23,094 bases of DNA from Candidatus Sericytochromatia bacterium (GCA_036676495.1 JAKFCT010000072.1:1-23094); one strand, 5' to 3'; positions 10,375 through 18,736 are shown, numbered from the stretch's first letter. Translations and numbers: made by a program. The notes: generated from the sequence alone by a model not told the origin.

Positions 10375-12573
10375 ATGATCGAAGCCCATCCCACCCACGT
10401 CCCGTTCACGCTTTCCCCTCAGGAAGATCCTGACTGGGATGGCGCGCGGACCCGGCGCCTCGCGCTTCGGGTGCCCGGCGCGGAGTTCTGTCAGTCCAGC
10501 CTGAGTTACCTGGCCAAGGACGAGTTCACCTATCACCGGTCCGATTTCGCCTACGAGGGCCTCTTGGGGCTGCTGGGCGGCGAGAACTGGAAGCTTCTCG
10601 ACCGGATCGGCTTCCAGGTCCTGGCCGACGGAGTCCCCGTCGTGCTCGAACCCGCCGAGATCCAGGCCACGCCGGACCAGGTCGCCTACCACTACGACTC
10701 TCCCCTGGGCAAGCTCTCGGTCGCCTACCGCCTGCTGGATCACGAGCCCTTCCTCCTGACGGCCGCCTACGCCTGGGTCGAGGCCCCCGAGACCAACGCC
10801 AAGCTCGAGTTGCTGCTCAAGCCGGTCTTCGATATCCGCCACATGTACTACTTCTCGGATCCGGAAGGCCACCGGATCGGCAAGCAGGACGCGCGCCTGC
10901 TGACCGTCGGCTGCAACCGCTGGCTGGCGTTCTCGGCGGATCGGGACTTCGCCTTCCACGAGGGACGGCATAGCTGGGATCTGCTCTACCGCCTCGGCTC
11001 GGGCGATCGCGAGAAGTCGGGCACCAACGTCGTCTTCAAGCGCGAGATGTTCCGGGGCGCCGAGCTCGGCAAGCTTCGCTTCGACTTCGGAGGCGCCGCC
11101 GCCACCCCCGAGGCGACGGTCACGCTCTTCGTCTCGGCCGGCATGGATGAGCAAGCGGCCACCGAGGCCCTGAAGCAGGGGATGCCCCGGCGCGAGGCCT
11201 TGGTGCGGGAGCAGGACGGCCGCTGGGATGCCCTGGCGAAGCGCTTGCCCGAACTGGCGCCGGAGGCCCTCTCCCGGGTCTACGTCATGGCCGAGAAGTT
11301 CGGCATGCACGCCGGATCGGCCACCCTGCCCGAGCAGGGCGGCTGGTGGTTCCGCCGGCCCTGGTTCCCGCCCCTCTTCGAGGGCTTCATGCACAACCAC
11401 CGCACCCTGACGAAGCTGGGCAAGCAAGGCGTCATGGAAGAGGCGATTCGCCAGGCGCTTCGCTTCCAGGATCCCAAGACGGGGCGTATCCCGCAGCGTT
11501 TCCCCGAGACCCAGGCCGACCTCGACCGCTTCGAGAAGACCGGCACCTTGCCCTCCGAGTACTACTACTCGTCGGACGTCGGGCTCTTGCTCTATTCGTG
11601 GGTGGGGGAGATCCTCAACGAGCTGCGCGATCCTGAGCTGCTGAGCTCCCTGTACCAGGGCTTCCAGAAGCTCTACGCCGCTTTCCGCTCCGAGGAGCCG
11701 CGCCAGCGGCAAGGTGATCCCGTGCTGGCTGAGAACGGCCTCTTGATGAGCGTGCCGAGCCACTCCTGGATGAACGGCAAGCGCCGCATCCAGGTCGAGG
11801 GCATCGCCGTCGGCGACCTGCCCCAGCGCGTCGACCGCAGCTGGCAGGAGGCGGCCGTCCGCCAGTTCCTCGACGGTCATACCGCCTGGGATCGCTACCA
11901 GTACCCGGTGATGTACCTGCCCGAGATCAACGCCCGCTGGATCCGCATGCTCGAAGTGGGAGAGCTGCTCGCCCTGAAGCACCATGACGACGCCGTCTAC
12001 GACGAGCTGATCGGCGTGCGCAAGCTGGCGGTCGGCAACTACAAGAAGGTCTTCTGGAACGCCGGAGTCGGCTTCCTGTACAACCTCATCACCCAGAACG
12101 GCCGGCCCGACCCGATGCCGACCGCGCCTGGCCTCGAAGCGCTCGTGCTGCTCGGGAAGCGCGTCTTCTCGCATCAGGACATGGAGCAGGCCTGGCATGT
12201 CGTCAAGGAGAGCCTGCTCGTGACCAAGCAGCAGGGCGACGCGAAGGCTTACTTCGGCTTGCTGGCCAAGGACTCCAAGGAGCGCATCTTCTACGGCGAC
12301 GGCCAGTACCACGAGGCCGTCTGCTGGCCGCGGGAGACCCCCTACCTGATCAGCCTGCTCAAGGAGCTGGGCGATGAGACGGGCGTCGCGCAGGTGCTGG
12401 CTTCCAACCTCGCGCACCAGATGGAGGAAGGCGTGGTCTTCTACCATCAGGAGATGCTCAGCCTGCCGGAGGGCGGCAACGCGACTCCCGGCAAGCGCGC
12501 GCTGGATCCGGTCCCCGTGAAGAACCCCATGCAGTGGGTCTCGCAGTTCTGCGACGTCTATCTGCCGGAATGA
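10375..12573 (+). CDS. amylo-alpha-1,6-glucosidase / glycogen debranching enzyme-like six-hairpin glycosidase (GDE_C), altered motifs
   Basis: Ordered motifs GGWWF, GRIPQ, YSSD, SWMN, PEINARW, FWN...GFLYN, YHEAVCWP, QEM, NPMQWVS parallel the GDE_C motifs (GYPWF, GLIPN, NSVD, TWMD, EINALW, YHNG.VWP, QAWS). Confidence 0.7.
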   Translation: MIEAHPTHVPFTLSPQEDPDWDGARTRRLALRVPGAEFCQSSLSYLAKDEFTYHRSDFAYEGLLGLLGGENWKLLDRIGFQVLADGVPVVLEPAEIQATPDQVAYHYDSPLGKLSVAYRLLDHEPFLLTAAYAWVEAPETNAKLELLLKPVFDIRHMYYFSDPEGHRIGKQDARLLTVGCNRWLAFSADRDFAFHEGRHSWDLLYRLGSGDREKSGTNVVFKREMFRGAELGKLRFDFGGAAATPEATVTLFVSAGMDEQAATEALKQGMPRREALVREQDGRWDALAKRLPELAPEALSRVYVMAEKFGMHAGSATLPEQGGWWFRRPWFPPLFEGFMHNHRTLTKLGKQGVMEEAIRQALRFQDPKTGRIPQRFPETQADLDRFEKTGTLPSEYYYSSDVGLLLYSWVGEILNELRDPELLSSLYQGFQKLYAAFRSEEPRQRQGDPVLAENGLLMSVPSHSWMNGKRRIQVEGIAVGDLPQRVDRSWQEAAVRQFLDGHTAWDRYQYPVMYLPEINARWIRMLEVGELLALKHHDDAVYDELIGVRKLAVGNYKKVFWNAGVGFLYNLITQNGRPDPMPTAPGLEALVLLGKRVFSHQDMEQAWHVVKESLLVTKQQGDAKAYFGLLAKDSKERIFYGDGQYHEAVCWPRETPYLISLLKELGDETGVAQVLASNLAHQMEEGVVFYHQEMLSLPEGGNATPGKRALDPVPVKNPMQWVSQFCDVYLPE

Positions 12574-13673
12574 ACAGCGTCGACTGGTCCAAGGCCTTCT
12601 ACAAAGCCGGCGCCATCGCGCTGGTGATGCTGATCGCCTACGCGCTCTTCCAGGCGGCGACGTTCTTTGGGGACGTCTTGGCCATCCTGGTGGGCTCGAT
12701 GCTGCTCGCGTACGTGTTGCAGCTGGCCGTCGACCCGCTCTCCCGCTGGATGCCGCGCTGGCTGGCGGTCGGAGCGGTGGTCTCCACGTTCCTGGTGCTG
12801 GTCTCGCTGGTGGGGGCGATCGCCGTCCCCATGGCCCTCGACCAGCTTCGCCTGCTCCTGGCCAACCTGCCCAGCGAGCTCGATCGGCTGCAGGGCCAGC
12901 TCGACCTCTTGCAGGCGGCCTTGGCCAAGCGGAACATCGAGGCGGAGCTCAAGATCCAGTCCTGGATCCTGCCGCGGATCGAGGGCTGGAGCCAGCAGGT
13001 CGCAGCGCATCTCCCGAGCATCCTCATGGGCTCGTTCGCCTCGTTCTTCAGCGGCGCCATGCTCATGGTGAGCGCCTTCTACTTCCTCAAGGATGGCCCG
13101 CGCCTCTGGCAGGGCCTCATGGGACTGCTTCCCCGGCGTATCCAGAGCCAGGCCGAGTTCTTCGCCGAAGAGCTCGATCACGGCCTCAACCGCTACGTGC
13201 GTGGCCAGGTGCTCAATGCCTCCGTGGTCCTGGTCGTCGCGACCGTGACCCTGCCGCTGCTCGGCATGAATTACGGGCTGATTGGCGGCGTGGTCTGGGG
13301 CGTCGCCGAGATCATCCCCTACCTCGGAACCTACGTGGGGGTCACCACCGTCCTCGTGCTCGCGGCCTTGCAGGGCGGAATCATGATCAAGGTGCTGATC
13401 GCGGCCCTCATCATCTGGTGGACCAAGGACAACATCATCGCGCCGCGCGTCATGAGCCACACGACCGGCCTGCACCCGATCCTGATCATCCTGGGGGTCC
13501 TGGCCGGCGGCAAGATCGCGGGCCTGCTCGGGGTGCTTCTGGCCATTCCGCTCAGCACCGTGCTCTGGACGGCCGCTCGGATCTGGCTCTTGAAGCAGAA
13601 GCAAAAGGAAGACCAGGCGCTGGAGGCGGAAGCCTCCGTGACCGAGACGGCCGCGGGCCCCTCGGGCGCCTGA
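12570..13673 (+). CDS. AI-2E family transporter (PerM/TqsA-like)
   Basis: Multi-TM protein; FYFLKDG, YVRGQ, IIPYLG, NIIAPRVM...GLHP, GG.IAGLLGVLLAIP; ATGA overlap with the upstream gene. Confidence 0.93.
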   Translation: MNSVDWSKAFYKAGAIALVMLIAYALFQAATFFGDVLAILVGSMLLAYVLQLAVDPLSRWMPRWLAVGAVVSTFLVLVSLVGAIAVPMALDQLRLLLANLPSELDRLQGQLDLLQAALAKRNIEAELKIQSWILPRIEGWSQQVAAHLPSILMGSFASFFSGAMLMVSAFYFLKDGPRLWQGLMGLLPRRIQSQAEFFAEELDHGLNRYVRGQVLNASVVLVVATVTLPLLGMNYGLIGGVVWGVAEIIPYLGTYVGVTTVLVLAALQGGIMIKVLIAALIIWWTKDNIIAPRVMSHTTGLHPILIILGVLAGGKIAGLLGVLLAIPLSTVLWTAARIWLLKQKQKEDQALEAEASVTETAAGPSGA

Positions 13674-13678
13674 TTATC

Positions 13679-13724
13679 CGCAACGCGAAAGGCTCCGCCC
13701 GAGGGCGGAGCCTTTCGCGTTGCG
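13679..13724. terminator. bidirectional terminator between convergent genes
   Basis: Perfect inverted repeat CGCAACGCGAAAGGCTCCGCCC-GA-GGGCGGAGCCTTTCGCGTTGCG. Confidence 0.8.
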
Positions 13725-13738
13725 TGCCAGCTGACCGT

Positions 13739-14857
13739 TTAGCGGCCGTCGAAGTAGATGGGGCTGGTGATCGACTGCAGCACCATGTCGGTGACCTTGC
13801 TGTCGAGGCGGGCCCAGGCATAGCGCTGCTCGGCCGGCACGGTGAAGACCTTGCTCCACTGGCGGCTCGTCACTTTTTCCTCGAAGCGCTCGCCCTGGGC
13901 CGTGGTTACGGAAAGGGTCATGTTCTGGCCGTTGAAGACCGTGGCCTTGAGGGGGATGTCGCCCTTGGCGACGAAGGAGTCGCCGACCATGGATTCGAAA
14001 AGGCCGTCGCCGTCTCGGTCGGCTTCGAGCATGATCCGCGCCGAGCCGGGGCCCTTGACTCCGACGGTACGTCCCTTTCGCAGGGCGTCGAGAAGCGATT
14101 CCTCGCGCTTGTCCTTGGCGAAGACCAGGGTGCAGGGGCTCGATAGCTTCTGTGGCCAGCGGTGGTAGTCGCTGGACGCCGCCAGGGGGATGCGTTGACC
14201 CGCGCGCAGGAGCGAGTTCCACCACGTGATGGCCTGGGAGTTGAAGACCATCGCCTGGAGGTCGTTCTCCCGGGTGTAGATTCCCTGGGATTGGGACTGG
14301 CTGTCGGCGTTGGCGACGAAGTACCAGTTGCTCCAGACCTCGATGGCGTTGATCCGGGGATCCCAGCCGGACTTCCAGGTATTGGAGCCGGGCATCTTCG
14401 GGTGGTGCATGATCTTCGTCAGCCCCTGCGCGTGCGCCTGGGCGAGCATCTCCACGTTGGGAAGGGTATTGGGGATGGGGGCGGCGAAGGAGGCCAGCTG
14501 CGGGCCGTGGAGGCCCATGTGGCCCGTCTTGGAGGTCCACTCGTAGGAGTGGATCATGGTGAGCTCGCGCTCGTTCTTCCACTCGGGGACCTCGAAGTGA
14601 TCGAGCGTGTCATGCTCGGTGATGGCGAGGGCGTCGAGCTTTTCGGCCTTGGCCATGGCGATGAGCTCGGCGATGGAGCTCTTGCCGCCGTGGACGGACG
14701 AGTGTGCGTGGAACTGAACGGCCCACCAGCGGCCGCCGGCGGCCTTGGCGCCGAGCGAAGCCTCAGAGGAGGAACCGGGGGTGCCGGGGACGCCGTAGCC
14801 GCATGCCGTCACGGCGAGCAGGGCCGTCAGGGCGGTCCAGGTTTTCAGCTTGGCCAT
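13739..14857 (-). CDS. PHP-domain (CehA/McbA-like) metallohydrolase lipoprotein
   Basis: Lipobox VTAC at residue 19; PHP motifs FHAHS, AITEHD, EWT...GH, HP, IEVW, SDYH; DRDGDG Ca-loop-like motif. Confidence 0.82.
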   Translation of the reverse strand: MAKLKTWTALTALLAVTACGYGVPGTPGSSSEASLGAKAAGGRWWAVQFHAHSSVHGGKSSIAELIAMAKAEKLDALAITEHDTLDHFEVPEWKNERELTMIHSYEWTSKTGHMGLHGPQLASFAAPIPNTLPNVEMLAQAHAQGLTKIMHHPKMPGSNTWKSGWDPRINAIEVWSNWYFVANADSQSQSQGIYTRENDLQAMVFNSQAITWWNSLLRAGQRIPLAASSDYHRWPQKLSSPCTLVFAKDKREESLLDALRKGRTVGVKGPGSARIMLEADRDGDGLFESMVGDSFVAKGDIPLKATVFNGQNMTLSVTTAQGERFEEKVTSRQWSKVFTVPAEQRYAWARLDSKVTDMVLQSITSPIYFDGR

Positions 14858-14900
14858 CGGGCGAAGGCTTCCTTCCGTGAAAGGGGAGGGGGACTTCGCC

Positions 14901-14949
14901 AGTTTAGCACATTCTTATGGAAAGTTTAAAGAATTAACTGGAGGTTAAT
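14901..14949 (-). promoter_or_regulatory. promoter and repeated TTAA boxes upstream of the PHP lipoprotein
   Basis: AT-rich island; minus strand extended -10 TGTGCTAAACT preceded by ATTAACCT, GTTAATTC, TTTAAACT boxes. Confidence 0.55.
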
Positions 14950-14976
14950 CATTGCTCACAGGCGGGACGGCTCGCG

Positions 14977-15621
14977 TCAGCGGCCGGCCCAGATCACCAC
15001 GCCGCCGTTGTACGGGGCAATACCGCTTCCCAGGGGGGTGGTCAGGGCGGTGGCGAGCTGGTCGCGGGTGATGGTGATGGGACCGTCCGCCAGGGGATCG
15101 TTAAGGATGATGCGGTCTCCGGCGGCCTGGGTGACGACGGCGAAGTGCCCGCCGTTGACCGGGTGGGCCAGCTGGGACGCGTAGGCGGGGGTCGGGTTCA
15201 CGTTGACGATGGCGAGCGTTCCGGGGTGGGCCATGGCCTGGAGGATGGCGTCGGCGCCCCCGCGCACGATCCGGCTCTGGAGGCCGAAGCGGGCTGCGGC
15301 GCGCGGGAACTGGGCCGGGTAGGTCCAGCTTTGCTCGTCGTCAAAGCCGGTCATCACGATGCGGATTTGGCGCACCAGCTCGTTCACCGAGGTCGTTTCC
15401 ACCTTGCCGAACGCTTTCAGGACCATGGCCATGGAGGTGGGGCCGCAGTTGGCGTTGTAGAGGGGCGTGGATTCGGGGCGCCAGCGCGGATGGGTGTACT
15501 GCGTGATGAAGAAGGCGTCCGCGTTCGCGGCCGGAAGCAGGGCCGGCGCGGCGGTGCTGCTGCTGCCGCATCCGAGCAAGAGGCCCAGGGTGAGCAGTGC
15601 TGAGAGGGCATGGATCCGCAT
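14977..15621 (-). CDS. C39-like cysteine peptidase lipoprotein
   Basis: Lipobox LLGC; QY...NCGPTSMAM, GHFAVV, NDP give the Q/C/H/D catalytic set; no ABC domain. Confidence 0.85.
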   Translation of the reverse strand: MRIHALSALLTLGLLLGCGSSSTAAPALLPAANADAFFITQYTHPRWRPESTPLYNANCGPTSMAMVLKAFGKVETTSVNELVRQIRIVMTGFDDEQSWTYPAQFPRAAARFGLQSRIVRGGADAILQAMAHPGTLAIVNVNPTPAYASQLAHPVNGGHFAVVTQAAGDRIILNDPLADGPITITRDQLATALTTPLGSGIAPYNGGVVIWAGR

Positions 15622-15725
15622 AAGTCAGGCGTGGTCCTCGTTCTAGCGATGGGCGAGTCTTTCATGCCTCGCGGCGCCTGAGTTATAACCCGATCGGGCT
15701 AACGTTATGTAAACCGTCCAGGGGC

Positions 15726-15755
15726 TTGACTGAAAAGGTTAACTTCGGTTAAGCT
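15726..15755 (+). promoter_or_regulatory. sigma70-type promoter of the small protein gene
   Basis: TTGACT-18 nt-TAAGCT. Confidence 0.6.
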
Positions 15756-15778
15756 ATAGAGACGTTCACAATTCACAT

Positions 15779-15856
15779 GGCCAACCATGCCCCTCAGGGG
15801 GCACCCCCCCATGAGGACGGGCTCACGAAGAGCGCGTGAAGCAGCGTGGTTGAGCC
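15779..15856 (+). ncRNA. candidate three-way-junction cis-regulatory leader RNA
   Basis: P1 CAACCATGC/GCGTGGTTG, P2 CCTCAGGGGG/CCCCC-A-TGAGG, P3 TCACG/CGTGA, ending just before the SD. Confidence 0.5.
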
Positions 15857-15870
15857 GCAGGAGGTCGAGT

Positions 15871-16050
15871 ATGGCAACGGAGCCGAAACTCCCCGCATAC
15901 ATCCGAAAACTGCCTCGAAATCGGGCCAAGCCCATGTTCCTGGTCCCCGCCCCCAAGCCCGCTACCCGGACCGTCGATTACGGTTCGGTCAACCGGGGGG
16001 ATCGCGGTGACTCGGACCGGAACTCCTGGCGCAGTCACCGGGATCTGTAA
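15871..16050 (+). CDS. small basic hypothetical protein (59 aa)
   Basis: AGGAGG SD 6 nt before ATG, mostly G/C third codon positions, own promoter and terminator; no family recognised. Confidence 0.75.
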   Translation: MATEPKLPAYIRKLPRNRAKPMFLVPAPKPATRTVDYGSVNRGDRGDSDRNSWRSHRDL

Positions 16051-16067
16051 AGAAGGAAACGCAAAGC

Positions 16068-16097
16068 AAAAAGGCCCCGCGACTCGCGGGGCCTTTT
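16068..16097. terminator. bidirectional intrinsic terminator (small ORF / rpe)
   Basis: AAAAAGGCCCCGCGA-C-TCGCGGGGCCTTTT with a U-tract on both strands. Confidence 0.9.
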
Positions 16098-16120
16098 CCA
16101 ATGGGAGTCGATCGGGCGGC

Positions 16121-16789
16121 TCAGCGGATGGCCGGGATCCCTCGCAAGGCGGCGATCGCCTCGCCCATGTCGGGAGCGCCGAAAACCGCGCTGCCGGCGA
16201 CCAGCACGTCCGCGCCGGCCTCCTTCACGATGGCGGCCGTCTCCGGGCCGATCCCCCCGTCCACGGCGATCCGGCAATCCAGCCCGCGCTCCACGATCCA
16301 GCCCCGGATCCGCCGGATCTTCTCCGCCACCTGCGGGATGAAGCGCTGCCCCCCGAAGCCCGGGTTGACGCTCATCACCAGCACCTGATCGAGGTCGTCC
16401 AGCACGTAGCGAAGGGCCTCTTCGGAGGTGGAGGGGTTCAGCGAGACACCGGCCTTCGCGCCCAGCTCCTTGATGGCATGGACGGTCCGGTGCAGATGCG
16501 GGCACGCCTCGGCATGGACCGTGATCCAGTCCGCGCCCGCCTTGCGGAAGTCCGCGAGGTAGGGCTCGGGAGGAGCGATCATGAGGTGGACGTCGAACGG
16601 CAACCGGCTATGCGGGCGCATCGCGGCGATCACGGGGGGCCCGAACGTCAGGTTCGGCACGAAGTGGCCGTCCATGACGTCGAGGTGAATCCAATCGGCT
16701 CCCGCCGCTTCGACGTTTTGAAGATCACGGGCGAGGTGGGCGAAGTCCGCCGCGAGCATGGACGGGGCGATCAGGACGGGTGAGGTCAC
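16121..16789 (-). CDS. rpe: ribulose-phosphate 3-epimerase
   Basis: [54 protein letters not shown]. Confidence 0.98.
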   Translation of the reverse strand: MTSPVLIAPSMLAADFAHLARDLQNVEAAGADWIHLDVMDGHFVPNLTFGPPVIAAMRPHSRLPFDVHLMIAPPEPYLADFRKAGADWITVHAEACPHLHRTVHAIKELGAKAGVSLNPSTSEEALRYVLDDLDQVLVMSVNPGFGGQRFIPQVAEKIRRIRGWIVERGLDCRIAVDGGIGPETAAIVKEAGADVLVAGSAVFGAPDMGEAIAALRGIPAIR

Positions 16790-17502
16790 GGGGTTTTCCT
16801 CTTGGCGGCGACAGGGGGGGCGAGTTCGTCGAGGCGGGCGAGCGCGACGCCTGCCGCTTGCTGTTCGGCTGCCTTCTTGCTGGCTCCGCGTCCCGTTCCC
16901 AGGATCCGGTCCAGCACCTCGACCTCGACGATGAAGACGTGCTGGTGCTGAGGGCCTTCGCCTCCGACCACCCGGTAATTGGGAAGCACGCCGAAGCGCT
17001 CTTGGGTCGCTTCTTGAAGCAGGGCCTTGAAGTTCTCGGCGCCGGGCTCCAGGATGGCGGCGTCCAGCTCCTCGGCCAGGTGTTCGGAGACGAGCCGCAC
17101 CAGCGTCTCCCAGCCGTAGGTCTGGTAAATCGCGGCCAAGAGGGCCTCGTAGGCCGCGGCGACGGTGCCGACCTTAGCGGTCCCCCCGCTGCGGCGCTCG
17201 GCGGTTCCCATGTGCAAGTAGGCGCCGAGATCGAGGGCCTGGGCCACCTTGGCGAGCGTGGCATCCGCCACGACCCGGGCGCGGATCTTGGTGAGCACGC
17301 CTTCGCTGGCCTTGGGGAGGCGCTCGAAGAGCAGGCCGCTCACGGCGAGCTTCAAGACGGCGTCTCCGAGGAACTCCATGCGCTCGTAGTTGGGGCCGTC
17401 CCCCGCCGACGAATGGGTCAGGGCCTCGGTGAAGCGAAACTCGGCCTCCGGAACTTCCGGAAGCGCGAGTTTCGCGAGCAGGTCGGCGATGGGCTTAGCC
17501 AT
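16786..17502 (-). CDS. rnc: ribonuclease III
   Basis: [19 protein letters not shown] signature, C-terminal dsRBD (FKALLQE...G.G.SKKAAEQ.AA). Confidence 0.96.
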   Translation of the reverse strand: MAKPIADLLAKLALPEVPEAEFRFTEALTHSSAGDGPNYERMEFLGDAVLKLAVSGLLFERLPKASEGVLTKIRARVVADATLAKVAQALDLGAYLHMGTAERRSGGTAKVGTVAAAYEALLAAIYQTYGWETLVRLVSEHLAEELDAAILEPGAENFKALLQEATQERFGVLPNYRVVGGEGPQHQHVFIVEVEVLDRILGTGRGASKKAAEQQAAGVALARLDELAPPVAAKRKTP

Positions 17503-18736
17503 TCCAGCGCTTGAAGATCAGGCTGACGTTCTGTCCGCCGAAGCCCAGGTTGTTGGACATGGCGTACTCGACCTGGGTCTTGCGGGCCTGGTTGGGCACG
17601 TAGTCGAGGTCGCAATCGGGATCGGGGGTCGCCTGGTTGATGGTGGGGGGCAGGATCCCTTCGTGCAGGGCCATGAGGGTGGCGATCGCCTCGATGCCGC
17701 CGGCCGCGCCCAGCAGGTGCCCGGTCATGGACTTGGTGCTGGAGATGGGAAGCTGCTTGACGTGCTCTCCGAAGTAGGCCTTGTAGGCCTGGGTCTCGGT
17801 CTTGTCGTTGAGGTGGGTGGAGGTGCCGTGGGCGTTGACGTAGCCGATGGCCTCCGGGGCGATGCCGGCGTCGCGGGCGGCCATTTCCATGGCGCGCACG
17901 AGGCCTTCGCCTTCGGGGCCGGGCGAGGTGATGTGGTAGGCGTCGCCCGTGAGGCCGTAGCCGACGATCTCGCCCAGGATCCGGGCGCCGCGCCGCTGCG
18001 CATGCTCCAGGGTCTCGAGGATGACGATCCCGGACCCTTCGCCCATGACGAAGCCGTCCCGGTTCAGGTCGAACGGGCGCGAGGCTTCCTGGGGGGCGTC
18101 GTTGTGGGTGGAGAGGGCCTTGGCGGCGTTGAAGCCGGCCATGGCCGTCGAGCAGATGGTGGCTTCGGCGCCGCCCGCGATCATGACGTCCACTTCGCCG
18201 CGTTGCAGGCGGTGGAAGGCGTCCCCGATGGCGTGGCCGCCGGTGGCGCAGGCGGAGACCTGGCAGAGGTTCGGGCCCTTGGCGCCGAGGTGGATGGCCA
18301 CGTTGCCGGCGGCCATGTTGACGATCGTCATGGGGATCATGAAGGGGCTGACGCGATCCGGGCCCTTGGCTCCGAGCGTGAGGATCTGCTCTTCGAGGAC
18401 GTCGAGGGCGCCCATGCCGGAGCCGATGAAGACGCCGACCCGTTCGGGCTGGAGCGTGGCGATGTCGAGGCCCGCGTGCTGCCAGGCCTGCTTGGCGGCG
18501 GCGATGGCGAACTGGGCGAAGCGCGCCGTGCGCTTGGCGTCCTTGCGGTCCATGTACTGGGTGGGATCGAAATCCGGCACCTCACCGGCGATTTGGGTGG
18601 CGTTTTTCGAGGCATCGAAGCGGGTGATGGGGCCGATGCCGCTCTTGCCTTGCTTCATGCCGTCCCAGGTCTGGGCCAGGTCGGCTCCCAGAGGGGAGAT
18701 GGCTCCCAGTCCGGTCACGACGACGCGTGATTTCAT
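17495..18736 (-). CDS. fabF: beta-ketoacyl-ACP synthase II
   Basis: RVVVTGLG, SACATG, SRPFD..RDGFV, NAHGTST, GHLLGAAG, GFGG. Confidence 0.98.
   Translation of the reverse strand: MKSRVVVTGLGAISPLGADLAQTWDGMKQGKSGIGPITRFDASKNATQIAGEVPDFDPTQYMDRKDAKRTARFAQFAIAAAKQAWQHAGLDIATLQPERVGVFIGSGMGALDVLEEQILTLGAKGPDRVSPFMIPMTIVNMAAGNVAIHLGAKGPNLCQVSACATGGHAIGDAFHRLQRGEVDVMIAGGAEATICSTAMAGFNAAKALSTHNDAPQEASRPFDLNRDGFVMGEGSGIVILETLEHAQRRGARILGEIVGYGLTGDAYHITSPGPEGEGLVRAMEMAARDAGIAPEAIGYVNAHGTSTHLNDKTETQAYKAYFGEHVKQLPISSTKSMTGHLLGAAGGIEAIATLMALHEGILPPTINQATPDPDCDLDYVPNQARKTQVEYAMSNNLGFGGQNVSLIFKRWNG

Noticed and set aside
15779-15856. Known RNA families for the leader: SRP (GAAGCAGC), TPP (minus-strand GGGGTGC..CTGAG), glutamine riboswitch (CGTTCA, GACGG)
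   Set aside because: Only fragments match; the SRP helix-8 geometry, the TPP 3' half and the glnA GGAAGTA core are missing
14977-16050. C39 peptidase plus small ORF as a bacteriocin/RiPP system
   Set aside because: The small protein has no double-glycine leader or signal peptide, the peptidase is a lipoprotein without an ABC domain, and no modification enzymes are nearby
15871-16050. Type I toxin-antitoxin interpretation of the small ORF
   Set aside because: The protein is hydrophilic with no TM helix, and no clear antisense RNA unit overlaps it
16052-16067. ACGCAAAGC resembling the c-di-GMP-I riboswitch junction
   Set aside because: No upstream GGCAAAC/GNRA stem, and it lies between a stop codon and a terminator
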